DNA of 64,000 nt from Bugula neritina (lineage: Eukaryota > Animalia > Bryozoa): contig OZ037770.1 in NCBI GenBank assembly GCA_964035545.1, positions 11,304,463 through 11,368,462 on the forward strand. Direction: 5' to 3'. The position numbers and the translations under genes were made by a program. The stretch's first letter is position 1. Every line of letters starts with the position of its first letter. Positions 36,966 through 49,544 of this stretch are shown in pieces. The notes below the pieces were generated by a model. That model saw only the letters and a list, made by a program, of their open reading frames with translations. It was not told where the DNA came from and did not search any database.

Positions 36966-39900
36966 ATGGTGAAGTTTCCTGTGGGTAGACCCCACCCACA
37001 TATTTTACAAAGTCATGGTGCTGATAAAAATATAAATAAATTTTATATAACAGAAAACTCCACTCACTACACACGAGGTTAGTTGTGATTCTGTCGGTTA
37101 AACATATTTAAGTTATTTTGTTGTTGTCAGTTTTAATAACACGTTTATTTTTGCATCCGAAAGCATTAGCTATTTTTTTACTTAGCACAAAGGCAATTTT
37201 GAATGAGTGTCTTTTTTAATATTCTCACTAAAGTTGCAGTTATCTTTATGATTGTGATGTTTTAGTAGTGCATTGTTTGTTTTAGGTTATGAGAAATTTC
37301 AGCCAAGACCTGGCAGGCACACTGGTACTGGGTACGCCTCAAACTTTAGGCCCCAAATATTCTATACCAGACATTTGGATGAAATTGATAATCCTACAAT
37401 GGCGTAAGTTGATAAATTTATTTCATCATTTTATTTTTCAACAATTTCTTATTAACCCAATGCTTAAATACTAAATTGCATGACATCTGCCCTTGACTAT
37501 ACAATTAGACTGTTTAAACTATGTTTGTATTTGTTAGTCGAATCTGTGCTGACAACTACGACTCTGTAACTACCAAACAATTTCGGCCGTATGATACCCC
37601 GACTGGGAAAGAAGAGTTACCAATGTTTGCCCACCAGAGGACAACTGGTTTTACTAAACAACCACCACTTACCATTCCAAACCAACGAGAGGTTTGTGCT
37701 AAGCATCTACTATGGGTTATGACTTTATCTGTTGGCTAATTGTTTGATTCAACGGTACTATATTTTAATTTGATTAAAAAATTGATATTAAGCGTACTCA
37801 ATTACTTTTTGTGCCAGCTCAGAGCAGCTGTTTAATAAAAATATGTAGTCATTCTTATTATTTAGTTTTTTTAAATAAATTTAAAACTGGCTAGTATATA
37901 AAACTTATGTATAAAATATAATTTAGCCAATCTAAAGCAGCTTTTTTTTGGTTATCAATTTTTATTTCTCTTTCTGTATATTAGTACTTAAAATCATTTT
38001 CCTTACTGCTTGTAAAATGTTTAATAATTCAAAATATTGATGCATTGTCAACATATTTAATCACAGTCTTTGTCAGCTATGTTTCACAATTTATTTTTAT
38101 TATTTAGGTGAAATCAGTGAACGCGAACTTGAAATTGAATAGTCTACCCAATGACTATCAGCCTAATAAAAAGTGCTACCTGCAGAAAATTCAATCTAAA
38201 GATCCTGTAGAAGACGAAAATCATTATTATGGTCCAAATTACATGTCAACAGAATCCTCTAAACATTTTGTGAAGAAACCACTGAACGGTCCTCAAGGTA
38301 GACCAATGATAAAACCTCACTAACAATAAATTATTTCTTATTATGTAATTCTTTTGGCTGACTTTCAGCAAAACCGTTTTATTCAAGTACTAATCATTTT
38401 GACTAATCTTTGTGATTGGGAGATCTGCATTATTTATTAAAAGTCTAATAACTCTAGTCAACGTTGATGATAGTTATACTTGGTTTCTAGAATTTTCTTC
38501 ACGTTTGAACTTTAGTAAACTGTGTTCTATTTTTCTCTTCTAGTTTGGTCAAAACAAGTAGTGAGTTATAGAAAACCCATAAACCCTTGTAGTCTGTGTA
38601 TTTGCATGTACTTGAATAAACACATTGTAGAAATACTCCCCCCCCCTCACCTGGTAGAATAGTTTATGGCTACGTTAATTGTCGTCTTTCTTTCAACAGT
38701 AGAGAATGTTGAATTAATATGTTGTAAATAGTTCCATTTTACCGATTGGTAGTTATGTCTGGTTTGTCATGAGTGTGACTGATTTTGGTAAACTAGTTAC
38801 TAGTTATAAACTGTTGTTGCTTAGTTAGGAATATTTTTTAACAGTTTCTATTATTGTCCACTGTGTATAAATTTAAATTTTGCTGGACTGGATAAAAAGG
38901 CTTCTTATGTAAGAAAAGCTAATAACAGGCTGCATCACTGAAGAATAAAAAATTAGTAAATTCCAAGTTATTAAGTCAAGCTAAGTTGACGTTAAGTTAC
39001 CAAGTGAGTGGATGGTGATTGATTCAAAAGTTAGAAAGTCAGAACAAAGCCAAAGACTGCACAAAAGTATGTCTGATAAACCACATGACTTCAACCTTAA
39101 TTCTGTGATATTATGAATTTCTTGCAGTTGATATGTCTACAGCTACTCTGGGTCCAAATGAAATATCTGGGTTTGTTCACAATAAAAATGTTGAACCGGT
39201 GACTTTTCACCCTGACCTTTGCCATAAAGGTAACCTTCCTGGCTGGATGACTGATAGGCCAACTGGCGTGAGCATTTTCAAGACTGATTTCAACAGATAT
39301 GGTAGACCTTATGTAAGTCATAACTTAACTATCTGTGTAACGAACTGAAGTTTTAATCATAAAATTTTAGCTTGAGACTTTTTCTTATAAATTGCTTCTA
39401 ATTCTGCATTTGATTACTTATAAAATTCAGAATTATATTCAGTTTCTAAAAGATTAAGTTCTAGTGAAATAGCTTCTTGTGTTATCATTCTAAATAATCT
39501 GTCGAATATTGATTATTTTGTTATGTTTTTTATAGTATTGCGTTTCAGTTATCACCATGAATAATATCAAGTCTGTTTAATTTGGAGCTTATCTTTAAAT
39601 CTAAGAAAGAAACTGTCTATACTTGGAACACCAGTACTCTATGCTGATTTTTTTAACTTCCTGTTTGTAACTTCAGGGTGATGAGAAGAATCCCCAGGTG
39701 ACTTTTACATCTGATAGAAACACGGGATTTGTTCGCGAGAAAGTACAACCAGAGTATGTAAGAAAAGTACATAGTGATGTAAGTGGACTTTAGCCTTTAA
39801 ATAAACAAATAGAACTATTTTCAAGTTTTGGAATACTTTTACATTGAAAAACATTAGTTATAGTTATGTAGATATTGTTATAGCAGTGTTTGAGTCTCAT

Positions 39901-42900
39901 TATTTGACTGATTCATTGTTCTCAAATTTGCATCAATTTGATAAGAAAACTTATAATTACTCATCTATTACTAGTTAGCAGCATACATTGTATTGTTACA
40001 TCACGGTTTGCTACTCTACATTTAGTGGTCTCAAGCAGTAAGTATACATGTATACTGATAGATGGCGTATAGCTGCTACCCCTTCTGTCTCCAATCATGC
40101 TAGCCCCTGTTCAATCATGATTTATGCTAATATCATTCATTTTTGTTTTATGCTCATGCTGTTTTATGCATATTATACTGTATGTTATGCTGTATATATG
40201 ACTATTATAAAACTTATGCGAATACTGTGCGATATATACACAAGTTTTACTCCATGCCACAATGCTATATAAGAAACTTAAAAACCAGACATATAATACT
40301 GCCTTCTTTTTTTAAAAGATTGAAAGTGATAATATAACATGCTATGCTATGAACTGAACTGTATAGTAGACTGTAAACTCTAAGGGATGCATTGTACCTA
40401 CAGACAATAAAATTATAATTTGCTTGCTTTACCATTAGTAACTTACAATTGCTAATCAGAAGTTTAACTGTTTTGGAATTAATTGTTTTTGGTTTTTAGA
40501 TATATGCTTAGACTCTGCTAGTAAATTGTAAATCTTTTCATGTTATCTTTACCAAGTTTTTAGTAGTTTCCCTAGTTTAGAAATTAGCTTTACTTTATTG
40601 TGACCGATTTAATTTAGTGTCATTTGTCCTGCAAATATCTTTTGTACATAAAGTTTATACAAATAGGTGAATCATTTTATCCATGAAAAAACCAGTTTTA
40701 AATTAATCAACATTGAGTTCTATTCATAGCACTTGAGTTTAGTAAATAATATCTCACATTTTTGGTTATCAACCAATCAATGAAACAGTTGGGTTTATTA
40801 AAATTTAATTGACTCTAATTTTTAAACATGGCTAGATATTACAGAAGCAAAATACCTTTTATTAACTTGCTTCAGTGTTAGGGATATTCTCGTAGCATAT
40901 AGTATCTATGTTAAAAATTTAACCCCACTCCTCCTTCCCTTAATATCTAAAGGTAGAATTGAAATTGCTTTCTTTCTTCAACCTAACGTCATAAATTTTG
41001 AAATAAAAAGCTTGATTTGTCTGTTTGTAGAATTTGAAGTTTTTGAAATGATAAAAGAGTTCTTTCATAAACTTAGTTTATTATTGCTAAAAAATTAGGG
41101 TGTTCGGCAAAAATGGCACAGGTAATAATAGCACAAATTTCAAAGTAGGTAAAAATGGCACATTTCAGTATTAGGGTTTGAGGTTGGGGGTTTAAATTGG
41201 GGGGGTTTAGGTTTTGGCTTGGTTTTAAAGGTTAGGGGTTTGGGAAATTTTAACAACATTGTGCTATTTTTACCTACTTTTTCATTCGTGCCATTATTAC
41301 CTGTGTCATTTTTACTGGTGCCTTTCTACCTAAAATCAAAAATAAGTAAACAATAAATATTTTTTATTCGCTATTTTATTTATAATAATAAATACAAAAT
41401 AAACTTATAATTCGATATGTATCTTCAGAGTTTACTTTTATCGCTATAATCACTTTGAATACTAAATGATTCAGGCATACGACAGAGCAGATCAGATGCC
41501 GGCTGCTAGACTCTCTCACCTGAAGAAAGTTGACCCAGCTGAGTATATGAATGCCACACACCCCAACAATGGCAGTTCAACAGCACAAATATTCTATAGA
41601 GGCAAGCAGAGACCAGATATGACTTATTCAGACAGGTGAGAGAAAGGGGTTATAGTATTTTTGTAAAATATTTGACCTCACACCAGTTCTAACCGCAGAC
41701 CTCCGGCTTGCAATTTTGCACGCAAACCACTATACCACGGAGGTTGCTGAGTAAACTCTACAGTACATCCTACCCAGCTCTTCTGAACTCCACTGGCCCC
41801 CTAACTACTCCTTCAGGCTCCCCTGGCCTCTCAAGTCCTTCGAAGTACTGCTACACTATACTAAATAAAGGCTGATATATGTAGCTTGTAAAATTTCGCG
41901 CTAACTGTTGCACCACAGGGGCTACTGGGAAATTTCAACACTACATTTTTTTGATAACTTTATATAAAATTTTGTCACTTTTCACAATTGTATGTAGTCA
42001 TCACTGGTCATTGTGTAGAAGTGTCCGTAAATAACTAATTGGTTTGCTCCTATCTTATTATTAATCAATAATTGAGTCTATTGATATTGGATGATGTAAA
42101 TTATTACATTCATTTAGTAATTACCATTATTGATTCCATCCAATAAATTTCTATGTTCTATTTGTAGAATCAATCATACTGGTGTTGGTAATCAAGAGCT
42201 GAGTGGATTCTCTGAGAACAATGATACTTGGCACTATAAGAAAGATAATGTGGCTAGATTCACAACTGACAACCATGTTAGGTGAGTGTAATGGCTGACA
42301 TGCTATACTATAAGAAAGACAATGTGGCTAGATTCACAACTGACAACCATGTCAGGTGAGTGTAATGACTGACATGCTATACTATAAGAAAGATAATGTG
42401 GCTAGATTCACAACTGACAACCATGTCAGGTAAGTGTAATGACTGACATGTTATACTATAAGAAAGACAATATAGTCAAAGTAGGAGAGGAATTTCAATA
42501 TTGCAATGAAGTTAATTTCAGCAATTATTTGCAGCATCAGTCAATCATTGTGAATCACTTTAGCTCAATTACTAAGATGCTGTAAACATGAATTGTGTAG
42601 GTTCACTGACCCCACCCTTAAAGGTAAAGCTAGAGAAGGGTTCGTGCAGGGAGGAGTAGAGACTATGAAACAAGATGGCTTTACAAAGAGTACGAGTGTC
42701 CATCAGTTTGGACCAGATGTAGATTCAACTGCTACTTTACGGAGACTAGCTCCTTATGTGTCCAGGTAATGTTTAGTTGAAAGTTATTTTTGAAAATTGA
42801 TTAGTGTAAAAACTAATGACCCCACCAGGGATGGAACTGCAGTCTTCCAACCTGCAATTCCGCATGCTACCCGTTAAACCATAGGGCTACTGGGAAATTT

Positions 42901-43449
42901 CAACACAGCAATTAGTAACAGTAACTATCTGCAGCGTTTTTAGGTTACAAGTCACACTGATATGACTGGCTAGCTTACAGTGTACAAATACAAGTATGTC
43001 TATCTTCAAGTTATTATAGTACTGTTTGTTGATTTACCTTAAAATTCATAGAGAGAAGGCAACTTCCAATTTGAGTTTCTTTGTGTTTCAATTGATCATC
43101 CATCTTGGCTATAATATGACAAACTTTTTCTTCATTGTTTAAAACATTTTTCTTTCAACAACTTTGCAAATGCCCAGTTTCATTACTAGTTATTTCAATA
43201 GTTGAAACTTGTTAGTGAAAAGAAATGCACTTAAATTTGTGAAAAATCTCAATCTCACCAGTTGATGAAAATTGGTGAAACTGCAGTAAAAAATCAGCTG
43301 TACTTTGTTCTAGTTTGTGTTATTAGATTTAAAATAACAGCTTTTTTTCAATATTCTGCAGGAGTATCAAAGCTAGAGATCAATTCTTTGATGATCACAC
43401 ATATGATAACAAGACGAATGTGATGCAGAGATCAATGACTGTTATGTAA
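36966..43449 (+). CDS. PPP1R32: PPP1R32 / SAXO4 axonemal microtubule inner protein (462 aa, 10 coding exons)
   Basis: Exons 36966-37077, 37286-37403, 37538-37691, 38108-38297, 39128-39312, 39677-39778, 41475-41635, 42168-42281, 42601-42765, 43362-43449 join in frame. N-terminus MVKFPVGRPHP..KFY..GYEKFQPRPGRHTGTGYASNFRP..LDEIDNP resembles PPP1R32 (MGKLPLG..P..KFY..DFKPRVGSHVGTGYKSNFQP..LDNP); repeated (S/T)GF motifs. Confidence 0.88.
41098..41335. mobile_element. Palindromic MITE-like element with a G-rich TTAGGG-like core
   Basis: Left arm carries 3 x GGTAA(A/T)AAT(G/A)GCACA-like units, right arm the inverted array TGTGC(T/C)ATT(T/A)TTACC; centre TTAGGGTTTGAGGTTGGGGG...GGTTAGGGG. Confidence 0.75.
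41650..41946 (-). mobile_element. tRNA-like repeat family C: one copy (41650-41768) plus a partial copy (41877-41946)
   Basis: Reverse complement GTGGTATAGTGGTT...TTGCAAGCCGGAGGTCTGCGGTTAGAAC and ATGTAGTGTTGAAATTTCCCAGTAGCCCCTGTGGTG match the copy at 59829. Confidence 0.7.
42233..42471 (+). repeat. 3.2 x 74-bp tandem repeat spanning the PPP1R32/SAXO4 exon 8 donor
   Basis: Units at 42233, 42307, 42381, 42455; each full unit is the last 49 nt of exon plus 25 nt of intron; donors after 42281, 42355, 42429. Confidence 0.95.
42810..42908 (-). mobile_element. tRNA-like repeat family C copy
   Basis: Reverse complement GTGTTGAAATTTCCCAGTAGCCCTATGGTTTAACGG...TTGCAGGTTGGAAGACTGCAGTTCCATCCCTGGTGGGG. 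Confidence 0.65.
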
Positions 43450-43529
43450 TTCAATAGCAATGATGTCTAAAAGTAGTAATCCTGATGATATGAACTAGTA
43501 TTCTACCATGCAGGAAAAGGAGCATTATT

Positions 43530-43640
43530 ATTACTATGGTAGCAATTGGCTATTGTTACTATGGTAGCAATTTGCTATTGTTGCTATGGTAGCAATTGGC
43601 CATTGTTACTATGGTAACCATTGGCTATGGATATAGCAAC
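43530..43640 (+). repeat. 4 x 25-bp tandem repeat of X-box-like motifs just after the PPP1R32/SAXO4 stop codon
   Basis: Unit GTT(A/G)CTATGGTA(G/A)C(A/C)ATT(G/T)GCTATT at 43530, 43555, 43580, 43605. Confidence 0.85.
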
Positions 43641-44610
43641 ATGGCTGGCAATATTTTGTTTCAAATTAAGAATTTAGGACAGCCTTTTGCTATATAGTCA
43701 GCTTTGTGATTATTTTAGACTGAGGTTTGGGCTTTATCGCAAACCTTATTTTGAATATTGATACTTTATTCCCTTTATATACATATGAATATTACATATA
43801 TTTCCTATGTTGTAACACTAACAAAAACAGTTAATTCTTTAATCGATTTTATTGGAGTGGTCTTTCAACAAAGCTACATTCTATATTTATCACTGCGTAA
43901 ATTTTCTTATTTGCTCAACTTTCACATATGGTATGTCACCAAAATAAAACATTATTAAAATACTATTTGTTCTATTTGTCAGAAATGATCATTACTAGTG
44001 GACTGCAGGTTGCATGGTTACATAGTACATAACTTTTGGTGAAATGCATGCACACTACTAGAATTGCCTGTTCCATCACCTAAGCATAGTACATAGTTTC
44101 GAAAGATATTGCATATAACGCCTCTTGTGTGTTTTTGTCAACTTGGCTGTTGATCATAGAGTCTAAGGTTGATGTTTTGTCACCACCAGAACAAAATTTA
44201 TCCTGTAGTCAACTGTGTGTAAATTGTTGATGCTGTTAGTTATTGCTGATTAAATGCAGGACTAGTATTAACTGCTGGATTGGCATTAGTCACATGTGCA
44301 CTTACAGCGACACATTTTTTACTAACTGCTACAAGTTTTCGAACCGATGGCTACGATAGAGAGATAGATTTGCTGTGCACATTGGGCAGCAAATTGTTAA
44401 TTGAGCTCTTATTCCATAGCTTTACCTCATACTCAAATTTATTGCATAACCATATGAAATATATTATAACTGGCATTAGATACAAAAGTTACACTTGAAA
44501 TTGCATTTATTTATGTACAGAAATGTTTACACTTGTTCTTAAATCAGTTGCTATGAATGCAATGACACATCAAATTAAGCACTGGAAACCAAAATTTCAG
44601 TGTGGAAAAA

Positions 44611-47142
44611 CTAATATTGAAAACTTCTTTTAGTTTTAATGTCATCCAGAATTGGTTGCAGATCTTCATCGGGAAATCTATCTTCCATGCTGCAAAAGAA
44701 AGATAACTTTACACTCACCATTATGTTATATGTGCACTTTTCTACCTACATGTAAAGCAGTGTATTGTAACATCAAGGCAAACAGCAAATAAGTTAAACT
44801 CTTAGATACCATATGAAGAATATAAATTCTGAATCGTTATCCCCCTTCGGCTGAAAATAATAGCTTGCCATTATGCATTCTATGAAGCATAGGTTATTTG
44901 TGGGAGCAGCCGTAGTCTAGTGGTAAAGCACTGGCTTAGTAAACCGAAGTCAGTAGTTCGAATCCCAGTAAAGGCTATTGGTGATGTTAGGAAGAGCATC
45001 CAGTCATAATTGCTCCTTTGTCACAATAGAAAATATGTCCTTAACCCGTATTAAAAAATCCTTTCCACTGGGAGTTCTTACAAGGATGGTGATTATAAAC
45101 CCATGTAACTATAATGCTAATTGTTTATCAGACAGCTATTGGACATAATGTCATAACCGACTATACAAATTGTAAGTTTACAACAGATAATCAGACACCC
45201 ACTCAGTAATAATAACCAATAATAATAATCAATAATCAATAGTGAGAGCAGACCTGGGAATGAGAGTCTTGGCCTCTTCTGCTGTCTCTGGCGCTAAGTT
45301 AGCCAACGCTGCCAGCTCAAACTTGTGGACTCTTTTCTGCCGCAGAAGCCTGGAAGGAATGCACCACACAGATAATAATACAGAACAAACTTGTATTATT
45401 AACACAGAGCAACCAGAACTTCAGAATAAGTGTAAAGACTCACACAGTGTTTAACCATCTGTTATTTTGTTATTTATATTCAAACAATGACAAGGCAACT
45501 CCATCACAAACAACGAATTATGAAAATTGAAATGAATCAAAAGTAGTTTAAAAACTGTCATTTTGTCTAAAAACAAAAAGCTTGGAAAATTTTTTTTCTT
45601 TGATGAAAAGTAAATAAATTGAAATGCCATCATACTTACTCTCTTACAGCTGATATAGTTTCCTTATTTTTATATTTACTGAATCTCTGGGCATAGCTGA
45701 GTGTCTTAGTGAACACCTTCGACAGTTCCTGTTCCTCGTCAGCCTCTTCATTCTGCTTCTTCCTGGAAATTTATTACTTAAAAATATAAATGTAATTTCA
45801 AGTAAGCGGAAATATAGCCTATAGTCCTACATATTTTATTATTAACTTGTAGGACATCTAACATGATTACAGCCTGTCTAGAAAAGCACTGCTTAATATA
45901 TAGATGGGTGTTGAGTAGTGTTGCAATATTAAGTACAGACATAATAGTTGATTCACTATACATAAGGAAAGGCAGCAGAAGATTGCAGTTATTAATAAAT
46001 CAAGAGCTGACATCACAAGAGTTAATATAAACATGTTTATTCATCATCAAACACATGACAATAAATACAACTTCAACACAACACCTGCTGGCAACTTTAA
46101 CCAACGCTTATAAACAAAATATCAACATATACCAAAGGTCTTTCAGCTTTTTTAGAGTGCCAAATACAACAAAAACAAATTTCTTGAAACCTAACATGCC
46201 ACAATCAGTAAGTGACATCTTGCCACTTAAGGGCACCTGTTTGTAAGAGTACCTGTGATCTAGCAGCATGTGCACCTCTGAAACCAGGAGTGTCTCAGCA
46301 TTTTCAAATTCTGAAAAATATCAACCAAATTAAATGACACACACAGAGCAAAGAATAAGTGATTACATCTATGTGCAACATATCTACTATCTTTAAAATT
46401 TAATTTAAATGCATGAAAGCTTTCTAAAGGTTTCTTTTATGCTGTTTTGGTAAAAGATGCTATTATTGTTACTTAATTGACAACTGATTGATGCTTAATA
46501 ATTTTATAATTCTAAGAAGAAAATATTATCATTCAGAACAGCCCAATCACTGATCAATAGCATTTGTGTATAAGTTCATTAATTATTATTAAGCCCACCT
46601 TTCCAAATTTTCTTCCAATATGCAATAGCAATTGATTACCTAGAGAAGACAATTTACTACTAAACTCTGATGACCAATTTACAAAGAAAAAAAACAGTAA
46701 AAAATGTTTAGTCTTCAAACTATTCTACAAGTGATCTACTAGCAATAAGAGTTGAATTTAACTCCACATAATATAAGTTACCCAATAGAGTTTAACACTA
46801 AATTACTAATGTGATTTTCATAAAGTTATTTTTATTTTAATTTATTAAAATTATTTAAATACTTGATGCTTTTCTAAAGCAATCAAACTTTCTCAGCTTT
46901 TGGATTTGTGAAATTATAATAAATTACATTTTAGACTTTGAAACATTTGATTCAATAAATAGCATTAGATGACTTGAGACAGGTATAGAATTAATGTATG
47001 TATATGTATCCAATTGTACTAAATTAAATGGTTGATCAGTACATATAAAGATGTAAAAAGATAGGCTATTACCTTTAGGGAATTTCAGTTCACCTGCGTC
47101 TTCTTCAACTTGATCATTTGGAAGAGCATTGGATGTCGCCAT
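44611..47142 (-). CDS. POLR2D: DNA-directed RNA polymerase II subunit RPB4 (141 aa, 5 coding exons)
   Basis: Exons 47142-47073, 46310-46253, 45762-45640, 45349-45254, 44689-44611: [32 protein letters not shown]...[50 protein letters not shown]. Confidence 0.97.
44902..45113 (+). mobile_element. tRNA-derived SINE family B, most complete copy
   Basis: Box A TAGTCTAGTGG, anticodon-like loop TTAGTAA, box B AGTTCGAATCC, then GGTGATGTTAGGAAGAGCATCCAGTCATAA and a tail shared with the copy at 11472 (core also shared with 55735). Confidence 0.8.
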
Positions 47143-47639
47143 AAATAAACTGCAAATTTAAGTTTTTAAAATTGGATTACAGCTGTCACTATTACCACCA
47201 CTGTTTACCTATGTCCTATCTTGAACAATCTACAAATATAGATATAATTTTTTTTCAATAAACTTAAAACACAATTTAAAATTAAAGGACTCACCTAAAT
47301 AGATTCGATGATATATTTAGGTCAAACCAATGTGCTTAAGTATAGTGATTGTATAGACAAATTTATCGTTCATATCAGCAGATTGAATGATAGAAATAAT
47401 TAACCATGGTGGTAAAATATAGCTAGTAAAAAAGGTGACAATAATTCAACGCTTGTCATTTAAACAGCTAAAATTTACAAAACATATTTTAAAAGCAAAT
47501 CAAAAACAGAATATATCAAATTTCACTAAAGTTGGTTATCATCTAAATAAAAGTGTAAAAAATCGTCTAAGAGGTAGTTTAAAAACAAAATAAAATTAGA
47601 AGATGATCAGTAGAACAAAAGAAATCACTAGAATATCAA

Positions 47640-49110
47640 AAACAATTACTAATACTAATAGCCTCTCGATATTCTGCTAACCATATACTCAATCATAGAA
47701 AGATAGGCATTCTCACATTGACATAGTCATATGGCATGCTTATAGGACGTATTTACATCAAAGTAAAAGTAAATTAGCCAAGTATAAAGTAATAGCAATT
47801 ATTCAAAATTTATGTAAAGATAAATATGAATATTAGTATGACCATATATTTATGATATCACTTTACGTTTATGGTGAACTTTACAGTTAATATAATTATT
47901 TCAATTAAAACTAAAAGTAAATTAGAGATTTAAATAATTATCTATTTATTTTTAGTATTGCGCCTATGCTAAGCTGACTGAAAGTGAAATAAAATGTTGA
48001 ACAATCAGCATTCACATCACAATAAAATTAAATATAATTTCACATGGCAGTAAGCATTAGTATAACAAATACGATATCAGTATGAGTATCATCTGTTTGA
48101 ACAGGCCTCCAGCACTGGTGGCCAAACTCACTAAATGTGAGTGGTGGAAAATCAAGTCAATGTCACTTTCAGTATCAGCCTATTACTATCACTGCCAGTG
48201 CCACCATGACAATAGTCCCTCAGTCTAAAACTGAGATTCAAATATATAGTGATATAAATATGGCTTAGCAATAACGCAGTTAACGGATATATTACTATTG
48301 AACACTACTAGCTGTAGACGTAGTGCCTGCGACCACAGCTCAATAATTGTGCTAATACTAATAGTAATACTTACACTTATACTTATTTATATTATTATTA
48401 ACTTATACTTATAGCTTTAGTTTATATTCTATAGACTTATACTTATAGTCAATACTCAATAGACATAGTCATACTCATTCTCATTACTCATACTGACACA
48501 CTCACAGTGACAGTCACACTCACAGTGAAACTAAAAGTAAATAGCAAAATTAAATTTTCCCCAAGTTCAACTCTAAACTAAATAAAGTTGATATTCATTC
48601 AATTTTAACTTAAATTTTAAGTCATCTTTAACTGTTAATGTTAAGACGTTACTCACACTCACTCACACTGTAATTATCATAATATTATTATTATGCTTAT
48701 CAATATCATTATGATTATGAATACCTATCAAATTCAATATGAATGTGATTAATCATTAAATTTATTATTAATATCATAAGTATTATAAAGTCAAAGTGAT
48801 TATCATTAACCCATTATGATTATCATTATGACAAACTGAAACTCAAAGTTGAAACATGAAATTGAAAGTCAAAGTGTCTATTCGGTAACGATGATAATCA
48901 TAATCATAATGATTTACTTCGATAGTGTTTATCAATATTAAAACATAAATTTGTTTGAAATTTCAAGAACGCAAAGCTTTCAACTTTCACAATTACTATC
49001 ACAACGATTGTCATTATAATTGTGGTTTTATTCATAATGATAATGGTAATCATAAACATAATGATATTCATTATCAATATCATGGACTTGAATCGAAACT
49101 ATTTCAATTT
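47640..49110. repeat. Long drifting 6-bp-periodic tract upstream of the POLR2D coding exons
   Basis: (ACTTAT)n, AGACAT AGTCAT ACTCAT, ACTCAC AGTGAC AGTCAC ACTCAC AGTGAA ACTAAA AGTAAA, AAACTG AAACTC AAAGTT, (ATAATC)n. Confidence 0.7.
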
Positions 49111-49239
49111 AAATGACATTGATTTGGATCATTTCTGAGAAATCCTTTAGAAGTTTATTGGGTGGATCCCAAACATCCTACATAAAATGTTGTAAGTTAA
49201 GATTTAGGCTTATTACACAACTAATACAATATTAAGCTT

Positions 49240-49530
49240 TGTACGAATAAAATATATGGTGTCACGTGATCAATCACATGATAGCGTATTCAAATTGAAG
49301 TTGAGAAAATTAAATTAAGTTAACGCGGTTTCACTTTCTTCAAGTTAAGTAGTCAGCTCAAACTAAATCGTTGGATTGTGCACGTCATTAGCTCAATGAA
49401 TAAAATTGCTGTTCAGCATTCAAAACTCAAGTCACGTCGTTGAAAAGTGATAAAATGATTTGCACCTGCAATTATTATTAACAACTTCAACTTGAGCTTT
49501 GAGGTGAACCCGGTGCAGATGTTCATGTAC
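49240..49530. promoter_or_regulatory. Probable promoter between POLR2D (-) and the GLUT gene (+), with clustered E-box/CLEAR-like sites
   Basis: GTCACGTGAT (49261), ATCACATGAT, GCACGTCA, GTCACGTC; CpG-enriched; flanked on both sides by periodic tracts. Confidence 0.55.
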
Positions 49531-49544
49531 TTGTAGATCAACTA

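Noticed and set aside
44902-44975. tRNA-Thr(AGT) gene
   Set aside because: No acceptor stem; continues into a SINE body found in other copies.
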